From the NCBI GenBank assembly GCA_963728915.1, contig CAVSLV010000002.1, positions 384,001-448,000 on the forward strand: a DNA stretch of 64,000 nucleotides. The letters are read 5' to 3'. This DNA comes from an uncultured Gemmatimonadales bacterium. GTDB lineage: Bacteria > Gemmatimonadota > Gemmatimonadetes > Gemmatimonadales > GWC2-71-9. The first letter of the stretch is position 1. Every line of letters begins with the position of its first letter. This document shows positions 9,935 through 20,005 of the stretch, piece after piece. Below the pieces are notes generated by a model that was not told where the DNA came from, did no database searches, and saw nothing but the letters and a program-made list of their open reading frames with translations. Position numbers and translations under genes: made by a program.

Positions 9935-11293
9935 ATGACGATCCCCTTGCTTCGGCGCTGGACGCCGATCAGCCTCCTCCTGTCGGCCGCTTGCGCTTCG
10001 CCGCGGCCGCCCTCCACGACGGCCAACCCTTCGACCGAACAGACCCTGGGTGAGCTGTTCAATCTGCCCTCGGTCTATCAGCGGCTGGGCCGCCTCGCCG
10101 CTTCGGGTCCCATGCCGTTCGTGGGGGACGTGGCATTCCTGAAGGGCAGGGGAGATTCGTCCATCGCGCGAATCGCGGTCTCGTTTGAGAACCATGCCTT
10201 CGCGTTTGCCCGGGAGGGCACCGCCTACATCGCGCGGTTCCGGGTCGAGTACAACCTGACCCGCTCCGGTCAGGCTCCGCTCCAGGCCTCCCGTGAGGAA
10301 GTCGTGCGGGTACAGTCCTTCGCGGAGACCCAGCGGAACGACGAGAGCGTGATCGTCGACCAGGGTTTCATGTTGTTACCCGGCGCCTACGACCTGACGG
10401 TGACGGTGCGGGACCCTGCGGCGAACGTATTCTCGCGGGCCGAGCAGTCGCTTCAGGTGCCCTCGTTCCCGGCCGGAAGCATGACCAACCCGATTTTTGT
10501 CTATCAGGTCCGTCCCCGTCAGGACCTTTCCGACTCCCTGGCTCTCCTGCTCAATCCCCGCGGCACCGTGGCGAACGGGGGAGGGGATTCGCTGATGCTG
10601 TACGTGGAGGCCTACGACGTTCCCGCGGCGCGTCAGATCCCGGTCCAGGTACGGGACGACCAGGATAGCGTCCTGTATCAGGCCACGCTGGGACTTCATG
10701 GCGGGCTCCCGGTCGAGGGGCACCTGGTGCGAATCGCGTCGGATGCGCCACCTCTGGGCCAGCTGACGGTGCAGGTCGGCGAGGGAGCCGAACGCAAGGT
10801 GGCCACCGCGCTGGTGTCCTTCTCCCGCAACTGGGTGGTCACCAATTACGACAACCTGCTCGCGTTGCTCCGGTTCTTTCCCTGGCGGCCCGATCTGCTC
10901 AACGCCCTCCGGCAGGCCCGCCCGCCGGAGCGGCCCCGATTGTGGCGGGAGTTCTGGACCGCGACGGACCCTAACCCGCAAACCGGGGAGAACGAAGCCC
11001 TGGACATGTACTTCACCCGGATCGCCGTGGCCAACGAGCGGTTCAAGGATGAAGGCGGCCCGGGATGGCGGACCGATCGCGGCGAGGTCTACATCACCCT
11101 GGGCGAGCCGGACCAGGTCTACGAGAACCCTCCGGGCTCGGACCAGCGCATCGTGCAGTGGGCGTACGGCTACTACCATGCGGTGATCACCTTCGCCGGA
11201 CCGATCGGCTTCAGCCGGCTCCGCATCACGACGGCCTCCCGGGCCGAATTTGCCCGGGCCCGGGCTCAAGTGATTCGGCAGGGGCCACGGTAG
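9935..11293 (+). CDS. GWxTD-domain lipoprotein
   Basis: Lipobox-like SAAC; C-terminal GWRTDRGEVYITLGEPD. Confidence 0.85.
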   Translation: MTIPLLRRWTPISLLLSAACASPRPPSTTANPSTEQTLGELFNLPSVYQRLGRLAASGPMPFVGDVAFLKGRGDSSIARIAVSFENHAFAFAREGTAYIARFRVEYNLTRSGQAPLQASREEVVRVQSFAETQRNDESVIVDQGFMLLPGAYDLTVTVRDPAANVFSRAEQSLQVPSFPAGSMTNPIFVYQVRPRQDLSDSLALLLNPRGTVANGGGDSLMLYVEAYDVPAARQIPVQVRDDQDSVLYQATLGLHGGLPVEGHLVRIASDAPPLGQLTVQVGEGAERKVATALVSFSRNWVVTNYDNLLALLRFFPWRPDLLNALRQARPPERPRLWREFWTATDPNPQTGENEALDMYFTRIAVANERFKDEGGPGWRTDRGEVYITLGEPDQVYENPPGSDQRIVQWAYGYYHAVITFAGPIGFSRLRITTASRAEFARARAQVIRQGPR

Positions 11294-11316
11294 GCGGACG
11301 GGCGGACCGGCGGACG
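11293..11316 (+). repeat. (GGCGGACN)x3 tandem octamer
   Basis: GGCGGACG GGCGGACC GGCGGACG between the GWxTD gene and polA. Confidence 0.7.
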
Positions 11317-11332
11317 TACCTAGCTTTCCCCC

Positions 11333-14143
11333 ATGCCCAACCATGATCCGCCTCAGCTCTTCCTGATCGACGGTCACGCGCTGATCTACCGCGCGTTCTT
11401 TGCCATGATCGCGCGGCCCCTCCGCACCAGCCGGGGGGAGAACACCTCGGCCGCCTGGGGGGTGGTGAATTTTCTGCTCCGCCTCCAGTCGAAATACCGT
11501 CCCGACTACCTGCTCTGGATCCTCGACGCGGGAGACTCCTTCCGGGTCGCGCGCTACCCCGAGTACAAGTCCACCCGGACCAAGCTCACCGACGAACTCC
11601 AGGCCGATTTCGATCTCGCGCTCGAGCAGGCCGGCCGTCTGCTGGCGGCGTTCCGGGTCCCGGTCCTCGCGATCCCGGGTTATGAGGCCGATGACGTGAT
11701 CGCCACCGTGGCTCGCCGGGAAGCCGCCGCCGGCCGCCAGGTCGTCATCGTCTCCGGAGACAAGGATTTCCACCAGCTCGTCGGCCCCCGGATTGCGCTG
11801 CTCAATCCCGGCCGGGGCGGTCCCGCGGGCGTCGAAGAGCACTGGGTGGACCAGTCCAACGCCAGCGAGCGGCTCGGCGTGCCACCGTCGCAGGTCGTCG
11901 ACTACCTCGCGCTGGTCGGGGACACTTCCGACAATGTCCCGGGAGTGAAGGGAATCGGCGAAAAGGGCGCGATCCAGCTGCTCCAGCAGTTCGGCGACCT
12001 CGAGACCATGCTGACCCGGGTCGGTGAGATCACCGGCAAGCGTCCGCGCGAAGCGCTCCAGCAGTACGCCGAGGCTGCGCGGCTTTCCCGCGAGCTGGTC
12101 ACCTTGCGCGAGGACGTCCCGGTCGAGTTCGACCCGGAGACGGCCGCCGTCGGGGAACCCGACCGTCCCGCCCTCCTCAAGGAATTGGCCCGGCTGGAAT
12201 TCCACTCCCTCGCGACCCGCCTGATTCAGGCGGAGGGCCCCGCCGAACCGCTCACCGTTCCGGTGCCCGGCGAGGCTGCGGCGCCTGCCGAGGCCCCGCC
12301 GGCCGCCAGCATGGAAACCCGGGTCATCGATCAGGCCGCCGGGTTACCTGACCTGGTCGCGGCGATCCGTGCCGCACCTCTGGTCGCGCTGGACACCGAG
12401 ACCAGCTCGATGGAACCTCACGATGCCGAGCTGGTCGGGCTGTCGCTCGCGATCGCGCCCGACACCGCCTGGTATCTCCCATTCGGGCATCGTCCACTGA
12501 GCGGTGAGCTGGCCGCCCCGGCGCCCGTGGTGAATCTTCCGCCGCTCACCGATCCCGCCTGTCTGCCGCTCACCGAGCTGCTCGGGGATCCCGCGGTCAA
12601 GAAGGCCGGGCACAACATCAAGTACGACTGGCAGGTGCTTCGTCGCGCCGGGGTCGAGCTTCGGGGAGTGGTCTATGACTCGATGCTCGCGAGCTTCGTG
12701 CTGGATCCGGGTCGTCGGAGCCACGGGCTCGACACTCTCTCGCTCGACCACCTGGGGCGGCCGATGCGGACCTACTCGAGCACCGCGGGAAAGGGAAAGG
12801 CGGAGATTCCGTTCGCGGAGGTGGACGTTGCCGAGGCGGCGAGCTATTGCGGCGCCGACAGCGCCACAGTGCTCGCCCTGCATGCCTATTTCACGCCCCG
12901 GCTCGCGGAAACCGCGCTGCAACCGCTGCTCGATACCATCGAGATGCCGTTGGTCGAGGTGCTGGTGGACATGGAGTGGACCGGGATCGCGATCGACCGG
13001 GCGCTGTTTGCCAGACTCTCCCGTGAGCTGGCCACCGATCTGCAGCGTCTCGAGACGGAAATCTGCCAGGCGGCCGGCGCCTCATTCAACGTGAACAGCC
13101 CGCGTCAGCTCGCTTCCATCCTCTACGAGAAACTCCAGCTTCCCATTTTGAAGCGCACCCGGACCGGTCCCTCCACCGACGCCGACGTGCTGGAACAGCT
13201 TGCGGCCCTCGGGCACGAGGTGCCCACCCTTCTCCTGGAGCACCGCGAGCTTCAGAAACTCCGGTCCACGTATGTCGATGTGCTTCCCGGCAAGGTGCAT
13301 CCCCGGACCGGCAGAATTCACACCAGTTTCAATCAGGTCGGCGCCGCCACCGGCCGCCTCTCGTCGTCGGAACCGAATCTCCAGAACATTCCGGTGCGGA
13401 CTTCCCGGGGAGAAGCGATTCGGCGCGGCTTCGTGCCGGCGCCGGGCTGGAAATTCGTGGTGGCGGACTACTCCCAGATCGAGCTGCGCCTCATGGCGCA
13501 CCTGTCGCAGGACCCCGCCTTCATCGCGGCGTTCGAGCAGGGAGAGGACGTCCATCGCCAGACTGCGGCCATCATCTTCGGAGCGGCTCCCGACCAGGTG
13601 ACCGCCGAGATGCGGGCCCGCGCGAAGACGATCAACTTCGCCACCATTTACGGGCAGGGCGCCTTCGCGCTCTCACGGCAGCTGGGGATTGCCCAGGAGG
13701 AGGCGAAGGCGTTCATCGCCGAGTATTTCCGGCGCTTCTCCGGGGTGCGGGCGTTTCTGGATCGCCAGGTCGCACTGGCTCGGGAACGCGGTTACGTGGA
13801 GACGCTCTTCGGGCGGCGCCGGTATATCCCCGAAGTGAAGGACCGCAACTTCAACACCCGGGCCTTCGGGGAACGGCAGGCCCAGAACGCGCCGCTGCAG
13901 GGATCCGCCGCCGATCTGATCAAGATCGCGATGGCCCGGATCCATCGCGCGCTCGGGGAGGCGGGCTGGGCCGGGAGGCTCCTCCTCCAGGTCCATGACG
14001 AGCTGGTGCTGGAATGTCCCGAGACCGAGGTGGACACCCTCTCCCGGATGGTCAAAGAACATATGGAGGGCGCCGCGACCCTTACGGTCCCTCTGGTGGT
14101 GGAGGTTGGGGTGGGAGCGAACTGGCTCGACGCGAAGCACTGA
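11333..14143 (+). CDS. polA: DNA polymerase I
   Basis: 5'-3' exonuclease (LIDGHAL, EADDVI, GDKD), 3'-5' exonuclease (LDTET, HNIKYD) and polymerase (DYSQIELR, AKTINF, QVHDEL) motifs. Confidence 0.99.
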   Translation: MPNHDPPQLFLIDGHALIYRAFFAMIARPLRTSRGENTSAAWGVVNFLLRLQSKYRPDYLLWILDAGDSFRVARYPEYKSTRTKLTDELQADFDLALEQAGRLLAAFRVPVLAIPGYEADDVIATVARREAAAGRQVVIVSGDKDFHQLVGPRIALLNPGRGGPAGVEEHWVDQSNASERLGVPPSQVVDYLALVGDTSDNVPGVKGIGEKGAIQLLQQFGDLETMLTRVGEITGKRPREALQQYAEAARLSRELVTLREDVPVEFDPETAAVGEPDRPALLKELARLEFHSLATRLIQAEGPAEPLTVPVPGEAAAPAEAPPAASMETRVIDQAAGLPDLVAAIRAAPLVALDTETSSMEPHDAELVGLSLAIAPDTAWYLPFGHRPLSGELAAPAPVVNLPPLTDPACLPLTELLGDPAVKKAGHNIKYDWQVLRRAGVELRGVVYDSMLASFVLDPGRRSHGLDTLSLDHLGRPMRTYSSTAGKGKAEIPFAEVDVAEAASYCGADSATVLALHAYFTPRLAETALQPLLDTIEMPLVEVLVDMEWTGIAIDRALFARLSRELATDLQRLETEICQAAGASFNVNSPRQLASILYEKLQLPILKRTRTGPSTDADVLEQLAALGHEVPTLLLEHRELQKLRSTYVDVLPGKVHPRTGRIHTSFNQVGAATGRLSSSEPNLQNIPVRTSRGEAIRRGFVPAPGWKFVVADYSQIELRLMAHLSQDPAFIAAFEQGEDVHRQTAAIIFGAAPDQVTAEMRARAKTINFATIYGQGAFALSRQLGIAQEEAKAFIAEYFRRFSGVRAFLDRQVALARERGYVETLFGRRRYIPEVKDRNFNTRAFGERQAQNAPLQGSAADLIKIAMARIHRALGEAGWAGRLLLQVHDELVLECPETEVDTLSRMVKEHMEGAATLTVPLVVEVGVGANWLDAKH

Positions 14144-16412
14144 GGCGGCTGCCCGGCCACCAGTTCCAGTTTCCTGCGAGGTGCATGAACGCGGGGACCA
14201 GCACCATCCGGATCAGGGTCGCGTCGAGGAGCACCGCCACCGCGAGCGCGAATCCGAGGAACTGCACCACCAGCACCCGCGCGAACGCGAACGCTCCGAA
14301 GACGATGAACATGATCAGAGCCGCCGAGGTGATGACCGAGGCGGTCGCGCTCACGCCTTCCATGGTGGCTTCGCTGTTCCGCCCCGAGTGATCGAAGGCT
14401 TCCTTGATGCGGGAGAGCAGGAAAACCTCGTAGTCCATGCTCAATCCAAAGACGACGGCGAATACCAGCACCGGGACCGCCACAAAAATGGCCTCGGCGG
14501 CCCCCTGGCGGCCGAGGACCTGGATTCCTACCCCGTGCTGAAACACCAGGACCATGAGGCCGAAGGTGGCGATCACCGAGAGGGAATTCATCACCACGGC
14601 CTTGATGGGCACCAGGAGCGACCGGAACGCGATGGCCAGCATCACGGCAGTCACCCCCAGCACCATGGCGATGATGGCAGGGAAGCGGCCCAGCAGGTTA
14701 CGCTGAAAATCCACCGCGGCCGCGACGTACCCGCCCACCGCGACGTCGGTTCCACGAAGCTGCCGAATCGATCCGTTATGGGCCAGCTTCCGAACCGAGC
14801 GCACCAGATCCATGGCGGTGGTGAGCGAGACCGAATCGCGGGGAATCACGTCCACCAGCGTCATGCGGTGATCCCGGCTCAGGTATCCGTCGATCGCGTC
14901 GCGATACCGGGCCCGGGCGCTGTCGAGGTTCGAGTAGAGAAGCGAGTAGGCGAGGAGAGACTGTCCCGGCGTCAGGTCGACCAGGCTCCGGATGTCGCGC
15001 ACCCTGGGGTCGGCCCGGAGCGAGTCCGAAAGATTGCGGAGACCACGGAGCGCGGTGAGTCCGGTGGCGTCCTGACCCTCGGGAAACTCCACCAGAATCC
15101 GGACCGGGAAGAGATATCCGGAAACTCCCATGGTGGAGAGCTCGTCGACCGCCTGACCGGCCTCGGTGCTCGACGGCCACCAGTGCCGCGCGGGGAGACC
15201 GATCCGAATCCAGAACAGGGGCAAGGTGAGGATGGCAACCGCGGCGCTTCCCAGGAGCAGGGAACGCACCGGGTGCCGCGACAGGGTGCGGGCCCACTTT
15301 TCCCATACCCTCGGCGAGTGATACCAGATCAGCTTTCGCGCCAGCCAGCGCGGCCGGTCGATCTGGCGGCCCAGGAGGGCAAGCAGGGCGGGGAGGAGGG
15401 TGGTCGCGAGGAGGACCGCGACGCCAACGACCACCAGACCCGCGACGCCGACGCTCTTGATCTCGACCAGCGGCGTCAGCACCAGAGCGCCAAACCCGAC
15501 CATCACCGTGAGCCCGGACGTGAGGACGGCTTTGCCGGCCGTGCGGAAGGTCCGCGCGGCCGCTTCCCGCCGGCGATACCCACGAGTCAGCTCTTCCCGG
15601 AATCGGGTGACGATGAGCAGCGAGTAGTCGATTCCGACCCCAAGCCCCACCATCGTCGTCACGTTGAGCACGAACACCGACATCGGAAGGGATTTGGCGA
15701 GGATCCCGATCGTGGACAGGGAGATCGCTACAGCGAGCACGCCGACCACGAGCGGGAGGATCGCCGCAACCAGCGCGCCGAAGGCCAGCACCAGAACGAC
15801 CATGGTCAGGGGGAGGATGCGCGCTTCCAGGCGCCGGCTGTCCTCCGTGCTGACCGAACGGACATCGAGGTCCAGAGGAGCCCGGCCGGTCACCAGAGCC
15901 CGGTAGTCTCCCCGCCGGGGCACCTTGGCCAGCGCTTCGTTCACCGCGTTCCGGAACGCGGTGACCTGGAGGCCCAGGCTATCGCCCGGCCATTGATCGA
16001 TCGATGCGAGGAGGAAGGTCCGCCTGGCGTCCGGACCCAGGAAGATCGAATCGCCGGTATTTGCAAAACTCAGGAGCGAACGAACGTAGGGCTGTCCGCT
16101 GAGGTGCTCCGCCACGGTGTCCAGCGCGGCACGCGACATGCCTGTCGTGAATGGCCGGGGTCCTTCGATGGTGACCAGGAAGAATTCGCTGAACGGGCGA
16201 TCGAACCGCGTGGTGAGCATCCGATCGGCGCGGGCGGCTTCGGTTTCCCGATCGGCGGCTCCCCGGATGCGAAGCAGCTCGGGCGTGTGTTTGGCCCGCA
16301 CCAGTCCGACGGTCCCGACGACCGCCCAGAAGAACACCACCAGCCAGCGCAACCGGACCACTGCGGCTGCTGCCTGGTTCGGGAGATCCGTAGAGGGAGG
16401 GGGGCTTGGCAA
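14082..16412 (-). CDS. MMPL/RND-family transporter
   Basis: Two TM bundles, GLGVGIDYSLLIVTRFREE and FGLSMDYEVFLLSRIKE. Confidence 0.92.
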   Translation of the reverse strand: MPSPPPSTDLPNQAAAAVVRLRWLVVFFWAVVGTVGLVRAKHTPELLRIRGAADRETEAARADRMLTTRFDRPFSEFFLVTIEGPRPFTTGMSRAALDTVAEHLSGQPYVRSLLSFANTGDSIFLGPDARRTFLLASIDQWPGDSLGLQVTAFRNAVNEALAKVPRRGDYRALVTGRAPLDLDVRSVSTEDSRRLEARILPLTMVVLVLAFGALVAAILPLVVGVLAVAISLSTIGILAKSLPMSVFVLNVTTMVGLGVGIDYSLLIVTRFREELTRGYRRREAAARTFRTAGKAVLTSGLTVMVGFGALVLTPLVEIKSVGVAGLVVVGVAVLLATTLLPALLALLGRQIDRPRWLARKLIWYHSPRVWEKWARTLSRHPVRSLLLGSAAVAILTLPLFWIRIGLPARHWWPSSTEAGQAVDELSTMGVSGYLFPVRILVEFPEGQDATGLTALRGLRNLSDSLRADPRVRDIRSLVDLTPGQSLLAYSLLYSNLDSARARYRDAIDGYLSRDHRMTLVDVIPRDSVSLTTAMDLVRSVRKLAHNGSIRQLRGTDVAVGGYVAAAVDFQRNLLGRFPAIIAMVLGVTAVMLAIAFRSLLVPIKAVVMNSLSVIATFGLMVLVFQHGVGIQVLGRQGAAEAIFVAVPVLVFAVVFGLSMDYEVFLLSRIKEAFDHSGRNSEATMEGVSATASVITSAALIMFIVFGAFAFARVLVVQFLGFALAVAVLLDATLIRMVLVPAFMHLAGNWNWWPGSRLSASRRASSLPPQPPPPEGP

Positions 16413-16453
16413 GACCGAATGGTAGGGCGCTGTATATTCCCTTGCAATCCTTT

Positions 16454-17245
16454 ATGAAGCGTTTTCTCGTCTTTGGCCTGGCCGCGCTGGTCGGGCTCAT
16501 CGTGCTGGATCGCCTCCAGAGAGCCGGCTCCGCTTCCGCCTCCCCGGTCCGGGCGGGGGTGGTCGCGACCGAGCGGATCCATTCACGGGTGGCCGCCACG
16601 CCGCCCACGACGCATGCTTCCGCGCCGGCTGCTCCTTTGGTGGACAGCGCCCGCACCCCGACCATCGATCTGCTGGCCCGGCTCGAAGCGCGGCGACGCC
16701 TGATCGCCGCCCGGAACACCACGTATTTCGATTCGCTCTTCGTCGAAACCGATTCCACGATTCGGCGCTGGGCCGATCCGGCCCTGCTGGTGGTGGCCGT
16801 GCTGCCGGCCGAGCCGGAATACGAGCGCGGCCTGCTCGAGGCGGTGCGGGGAGCGACCAGCGCCTGGGCCTCGGTGCTGGGAGAATTGCGGTTCACCCTG
16901 ACCCGGGACTCCGCGACGGCCCAGATCATCGCCCGTTCGGTGGATCAGCTCGACGGCGAACGGGTCGGCCTGACCGACCTGGAATGGACCCGGAGCGGCG
17001 ACATCCACCAGGCGCGCATCGCGCTGGCCCGCCGGGATCATCGAGGCGCCTCGATTCCCCCTGCGACCGCGCTCGCGGTCGCCCTCCACGAGTTCGGCCA
17101 CGCCTTGGGGCTGCCGCACTCCCCTAACCCGGGAGACGTGATGTTTCCCCGCACCCGCACCGCCACCCTCAGCCCCCGGGATATCGCGACCCTTCGCCTC
17201 CTCTACGAGCTGCCGGCCGGCTCGGTGCGGGAAACCGTGCGATGA
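16454..17245 (+). CDS. Matrixin-like (M10) zinc metalloprotease, exported
   Basis: HEFGHALGLPHS metzincin motif with Met-turn (VMFP); N-terminal hydrophobic segment. Confidence 0.85.
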   Translation: MKRFLVFGLAALVGLIVLDRLQRAGSASASPVRAGVVATERIHSRVAATPPTTHASAPAAPLVDSARTPTIDLLARLEARRRLIAARNTTYFDSLFVETDSTIRRWADPALLVVAVLPAEPEYERGLLEAVRGATSAWASVLGELRFTLTRDSATAQIIARSVDQLDGERVGLTDLEWTRSGDIHQARIALARRDHRGASIPPATALAVALHEFGHALGLPHSPNPGDVMFPRTRTATLSPRDIATLRLLYELPAGSVRETVR

Positions 17246-18378
17246 TACTTCCGGCCCTGTTGCTCCTCCTGCCCGCCTCGTCCGCCGCCGACACCAGCTT
17301 TGCGCCGGTCGCCCGGGTGGTGGAACGAGGGATCCGGGAAGGCGTGTATCCGGGCGCCGTGCTCGTGGTCGGCCGTCGCGACACCATCCTCTATTCCCAG
17401 GGCTTCGGCCACGTGACGTGGTCCGATCGCACTCCCCGTCCCTCGGTGAGAGAGACCCGGTGGGATCTGGCGTCCCTGACCAAGGTGGTGGCCACGACCA
17501 GCGCGGTGCTGGTCCTGGTGGATCAGGGTCGAGTCTCGCTCGATGCCCCGGTGGCGCGGTACCTCTCGCGGTTCAAGGGCGGCCATCGGGACCGAGTGAC
17601 GGTCCGCATGCTGCTCGACCACACCAGCGGGTTGCCGGCGTATCTGCCCTTCTACAAACTGGCGACCACCCGGACCGCCGCGATCGAACGGCTGTATCGG
17701 GAGCCGCTCCGGCATCTCCCCGGGACGGTCATGGAATACAGCGACCTCAACGGGATTCTCCTCGGCCTGCTGGTCGAAAAAGTCGCCGGGTCGCCGCTCG
17801 ACCGCTTCACGAGCAGCGTGGTCTTCGGACCGCTCGGCATGCAGGCGACCGCCTTCGCCCCGGACCTCCCCCGCGGCGTTTCGGTCGCGCCGAGCCGGGC
17901 CAATGCGTGCTGCGCTCCGGCGCGCCGCGTCAACGACGACAATGCCGTCCTGTTCGGGGGAGTCGCGGGACACGCAGGACTGTTCTCCACCGGCGCGGAC
18001 CTGGCCCGCTTTGCCCAGATCTGGCTGGCGAAAGGCGCCCTGCCCGACGCGGTCAAGCCCTGGGTTTCGCCCGCAAGCCTCGAACAATTCCTGCTCCGGC
18101 TTCCGGGAGAACAACGAGCCCTGGGATGGGAAGTCCCCGAGTCGATCCAGGACACCGGGCGCCCTTCGGTCTACGGGAACTCGATCTGCTCCTGCGCGTT
18201 CGGACACACCGGATGGACCGGAACCATGCTCTGGGTCGATCCCACCGCCGACTTGTTCGTCGTGTTCCTCACCAACCGGAGCCTGGATCCGAGGGTCCGG
18301 AATTCGATCCGCGTCCTTCGTGAGCTCCGGAACGAGCTTTCAGAGGAAGTGCTGACCATCGCCAGACGGCGGGGCTAG
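17242..18378 (+). CDS. Serine hydrolase, beta-lactamase class C-like family
   Basis: SLTK (SxxK), YSD, GHAGLFST and FGHTGWTG; signal peptide. Confidence 0.88.
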   Translation: MILPALLLLLPASSAADTSFAPVARVVERGIREGVYPGAVLVVGRRDTILYSQGFGHVTWSDRTPRPSVRETRWDLASLTKVVATTSAVLVLVDQGRVSLDAPVARYLSRFKGGHRDRVTVRMLLDHTSGLPAYLPFYKLATTRTAAIERLYREPLRHLPGTVMEYSDLNGILLGLLVEKVAGSPLDRFTSSVVFGPLGMQATAFAPDLPRGVSVAPSRANACCAPARRVNDDNAVLFGGVAGHAGLFSTGADLARFAQIWLAKGALPDAVKPWVSPASLEQFLLRLPGEQRALGWEVPESIQDTGRPSVYGNSICSCAFGHTGWTGTMLWVDPTADLFVVFLTNRSLDPRVRNSIRVLRELRNELSEEVLTIARRRG

Positions 18379-18420
18379 CAAGGCGCTACATTGGAATCGA
18401 AGACCGGTGGGGAGTCCGAT

Positions 18421-18720
18421 ATGCAGCTCACACCCGAAACCATTCGCAAGGCCCTCCGTGGGGTCAAGGATCCGGAGCTGGGCCTCAACATCGTCGACAT
18501 CGGGTTGGTGTACGAGACCGAGGTCAATGACGAAGGCGACGTGAAGGTCAAGATGACCCTCACGTCGCCGGGATGTCCTTCAGGGCCCGAGATCCTCCAG
18601 GATGCGAAGATGGTTCTGGAGGAGCTGGAAGGCGTGCGTAGTGTCCAGGTCGACCTGGTCTGGGAGCCCTACTGGACTCCCGATCGCATGGATCCCAGGG
18701 TCAGGGCCTTTCTGGGCTGA
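18421..18720 (+). CDS. DUF59 (SufT/PaaD-like) metal-sulfur cluster assembly factor
   Basis: VKDPELGLNIVDIGLVY, MTLTSPGCP and VWEPYWTPDRM. Confidence 0.92.
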   Translation: MQLTPETIRKALRGVKDPELGLNIVDIGLVYETEVNDEGDVKVKMTLTSPGCPSGPEILQDAKMVLEELEGVRSVQVDLVWEPYWTPDRMDPRVRAFLG

Positions 18721-18721
18721 G

Positions 18722-20005
18722 CTAGGGCGATTCCGCCAGCTCCTTCAGCAGACTCTTCACTCGCTCATCGTCGAGCCGCGCCAGCCGGCTGATCAGAGAA
18801 CGGCGCACACTGGCGTCGGTTTCGCTCCGCGCGATCCGGATCAGGGCATCGATCGCCGCCCGGTCTCCATTCTTGAACAGCGCGCCGATGGCCGCTTCTT
18901 TGCCCCGGCGGTCGGGAGACTGCTGGTAGAGCTTGTCGAGCTGGGGACTCGTCGCGCCGGCCCGCTCGGCGGCTTCGACCGCCTGGCCGCGAAGATCGGC
19001 GGGGGTATTCTCATCCGCCGCAATCCCGAGCAACCACTGCAGGTTCGCGCTTCCACCTTGTTCCCCGACCGACGAGAGTATCGCCCGCCGCGAATCGATG
19101 GAAGCGAGGGTGGCGTACTTGTCCCGCAGCAGCTCGATATCCTTGGCCGACGCGTATTGCCCGCCGAACCCCCTGATCACCGTGACCCGGAGCTTGTCGG
19201 GAAGATTCGGATCGCCCAGCGCGGTGCGCAGGTAGGCGCGGGCCCTGGGGTCGCCCGAATTGGCCATGGCCTGGACCGCGGCATCCCGGAGCCACGGATC
19301 GCTGCCGCCCGCCATCCGGGTCAGTTCGGTGAGATCGGCGCGCTGGTTCCGCGCCAGCACCGAGACCGCCTGCTGGCGGATCGAGCTGGTCTCACTCTGG
19401 TCGCCCGCGATCGCGACCAGCGCGGAGGACACCCGGCGGGCATCCTCTGCCGAGATGCGTTCGAGCTCCCGTCCGAGCCAGCTCAGCGCGCCCTGGCGAA
19501 CCGACCGCGACAAGTCGCGGTTCCTGCTCAGCCCGAGCAGGTTGGGCCATACCGTCGCGCTGTCGGCGAGCACGGCGGGGAGGATCGCCTCGCGGGCCGG
19601 GCGGCCCTCGGCGCGGGCCGCGAGATCGAGCAGGTATTCCGAAGCGGCCGGAGCGGAAACCGGTCCGAGATCGGTGACTCCCTCGGTCGGGGTTTCCGGG
19701 GCGATTTCAGTCTCGATTCCCACCACCTGACCGGCGGTGCGGGTGATGCGCACCACCACCGGCCCATGCTGGCAGACCCGGTCGAAGCCGTCGGTGTATC
19801 CGCCGTTCGAGATGTAGGTGGAACGCCCGACCTGGAGCGACGACCCTAACCCGCAGACGTCGCCCCGCGCGGCGAAGCGGAACTGGACCCGGCCGTCGCC
19901 CCCGCCTTCCACCCGGGACCGGAGGCCGGCCTGGGCGGTCAGTCCGGCGCAACCGGCCAGGCTCGCCACCGAGGCCAGCCCGAGAATACGGCGTCGGGCA
20001 TTCAT
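18722..20005 (-). CDS. Exported HEAT-repeat protein (putative lipoprotein)
   Basis: LAGC lipobox; repeated 'SVRQ.A...L' helical units. Confidence 0.8.
   Translation of the reverse strand: MNARRRILGLASVASLAGCAGLTAQAGLRSRVEGGGDGRVQFRFAARGDVCGLGSSLQVGRSTYISNGGYTDGFDRVCQHGPVVVRITRTAGQVVGIETEIAPETPTEGVTDLGPVSAPAASEYLLDLAARAEGRPAREAILPAVLADSATVWPNLLGLSRNRDLSRSVRQGALSWLGRELERISAEDARRVSSALVAIAGDQSETSSIRQQAVSVLARNQRADLTELTRMAGGSDPWLRDAAVQAMANSGDPRARAYLRTALGDPNLPDKLRVTVIRGFGGQYASAKDIELLRDKYATLASIDSRRAILSSVGEQGGSANLQWLLGIAADENTPADLRGQAVEAAERAGATSPQLDKLYQQSPDRRGKEAAIGALFKNGDRAAIDALIRIARSETDASVRRSLISRLARLDDERVKSLLKELAESP

Noticed and set aside
10376..12205. Long antisense ORFs (609 aa here; also 13995-16457, 33228-34784, 44478-45953, 59336-61399)
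   Set aside because: Shadow frames of well-supported genes in high-GC DNA; no recognisable motifs
17242..18378. Antibiotic-resistance beta-lactamase
   Set aside because: Motifs fit the broad serine hydrolase/esterase family; no evidence of true beta-lactamase activity or mobile context
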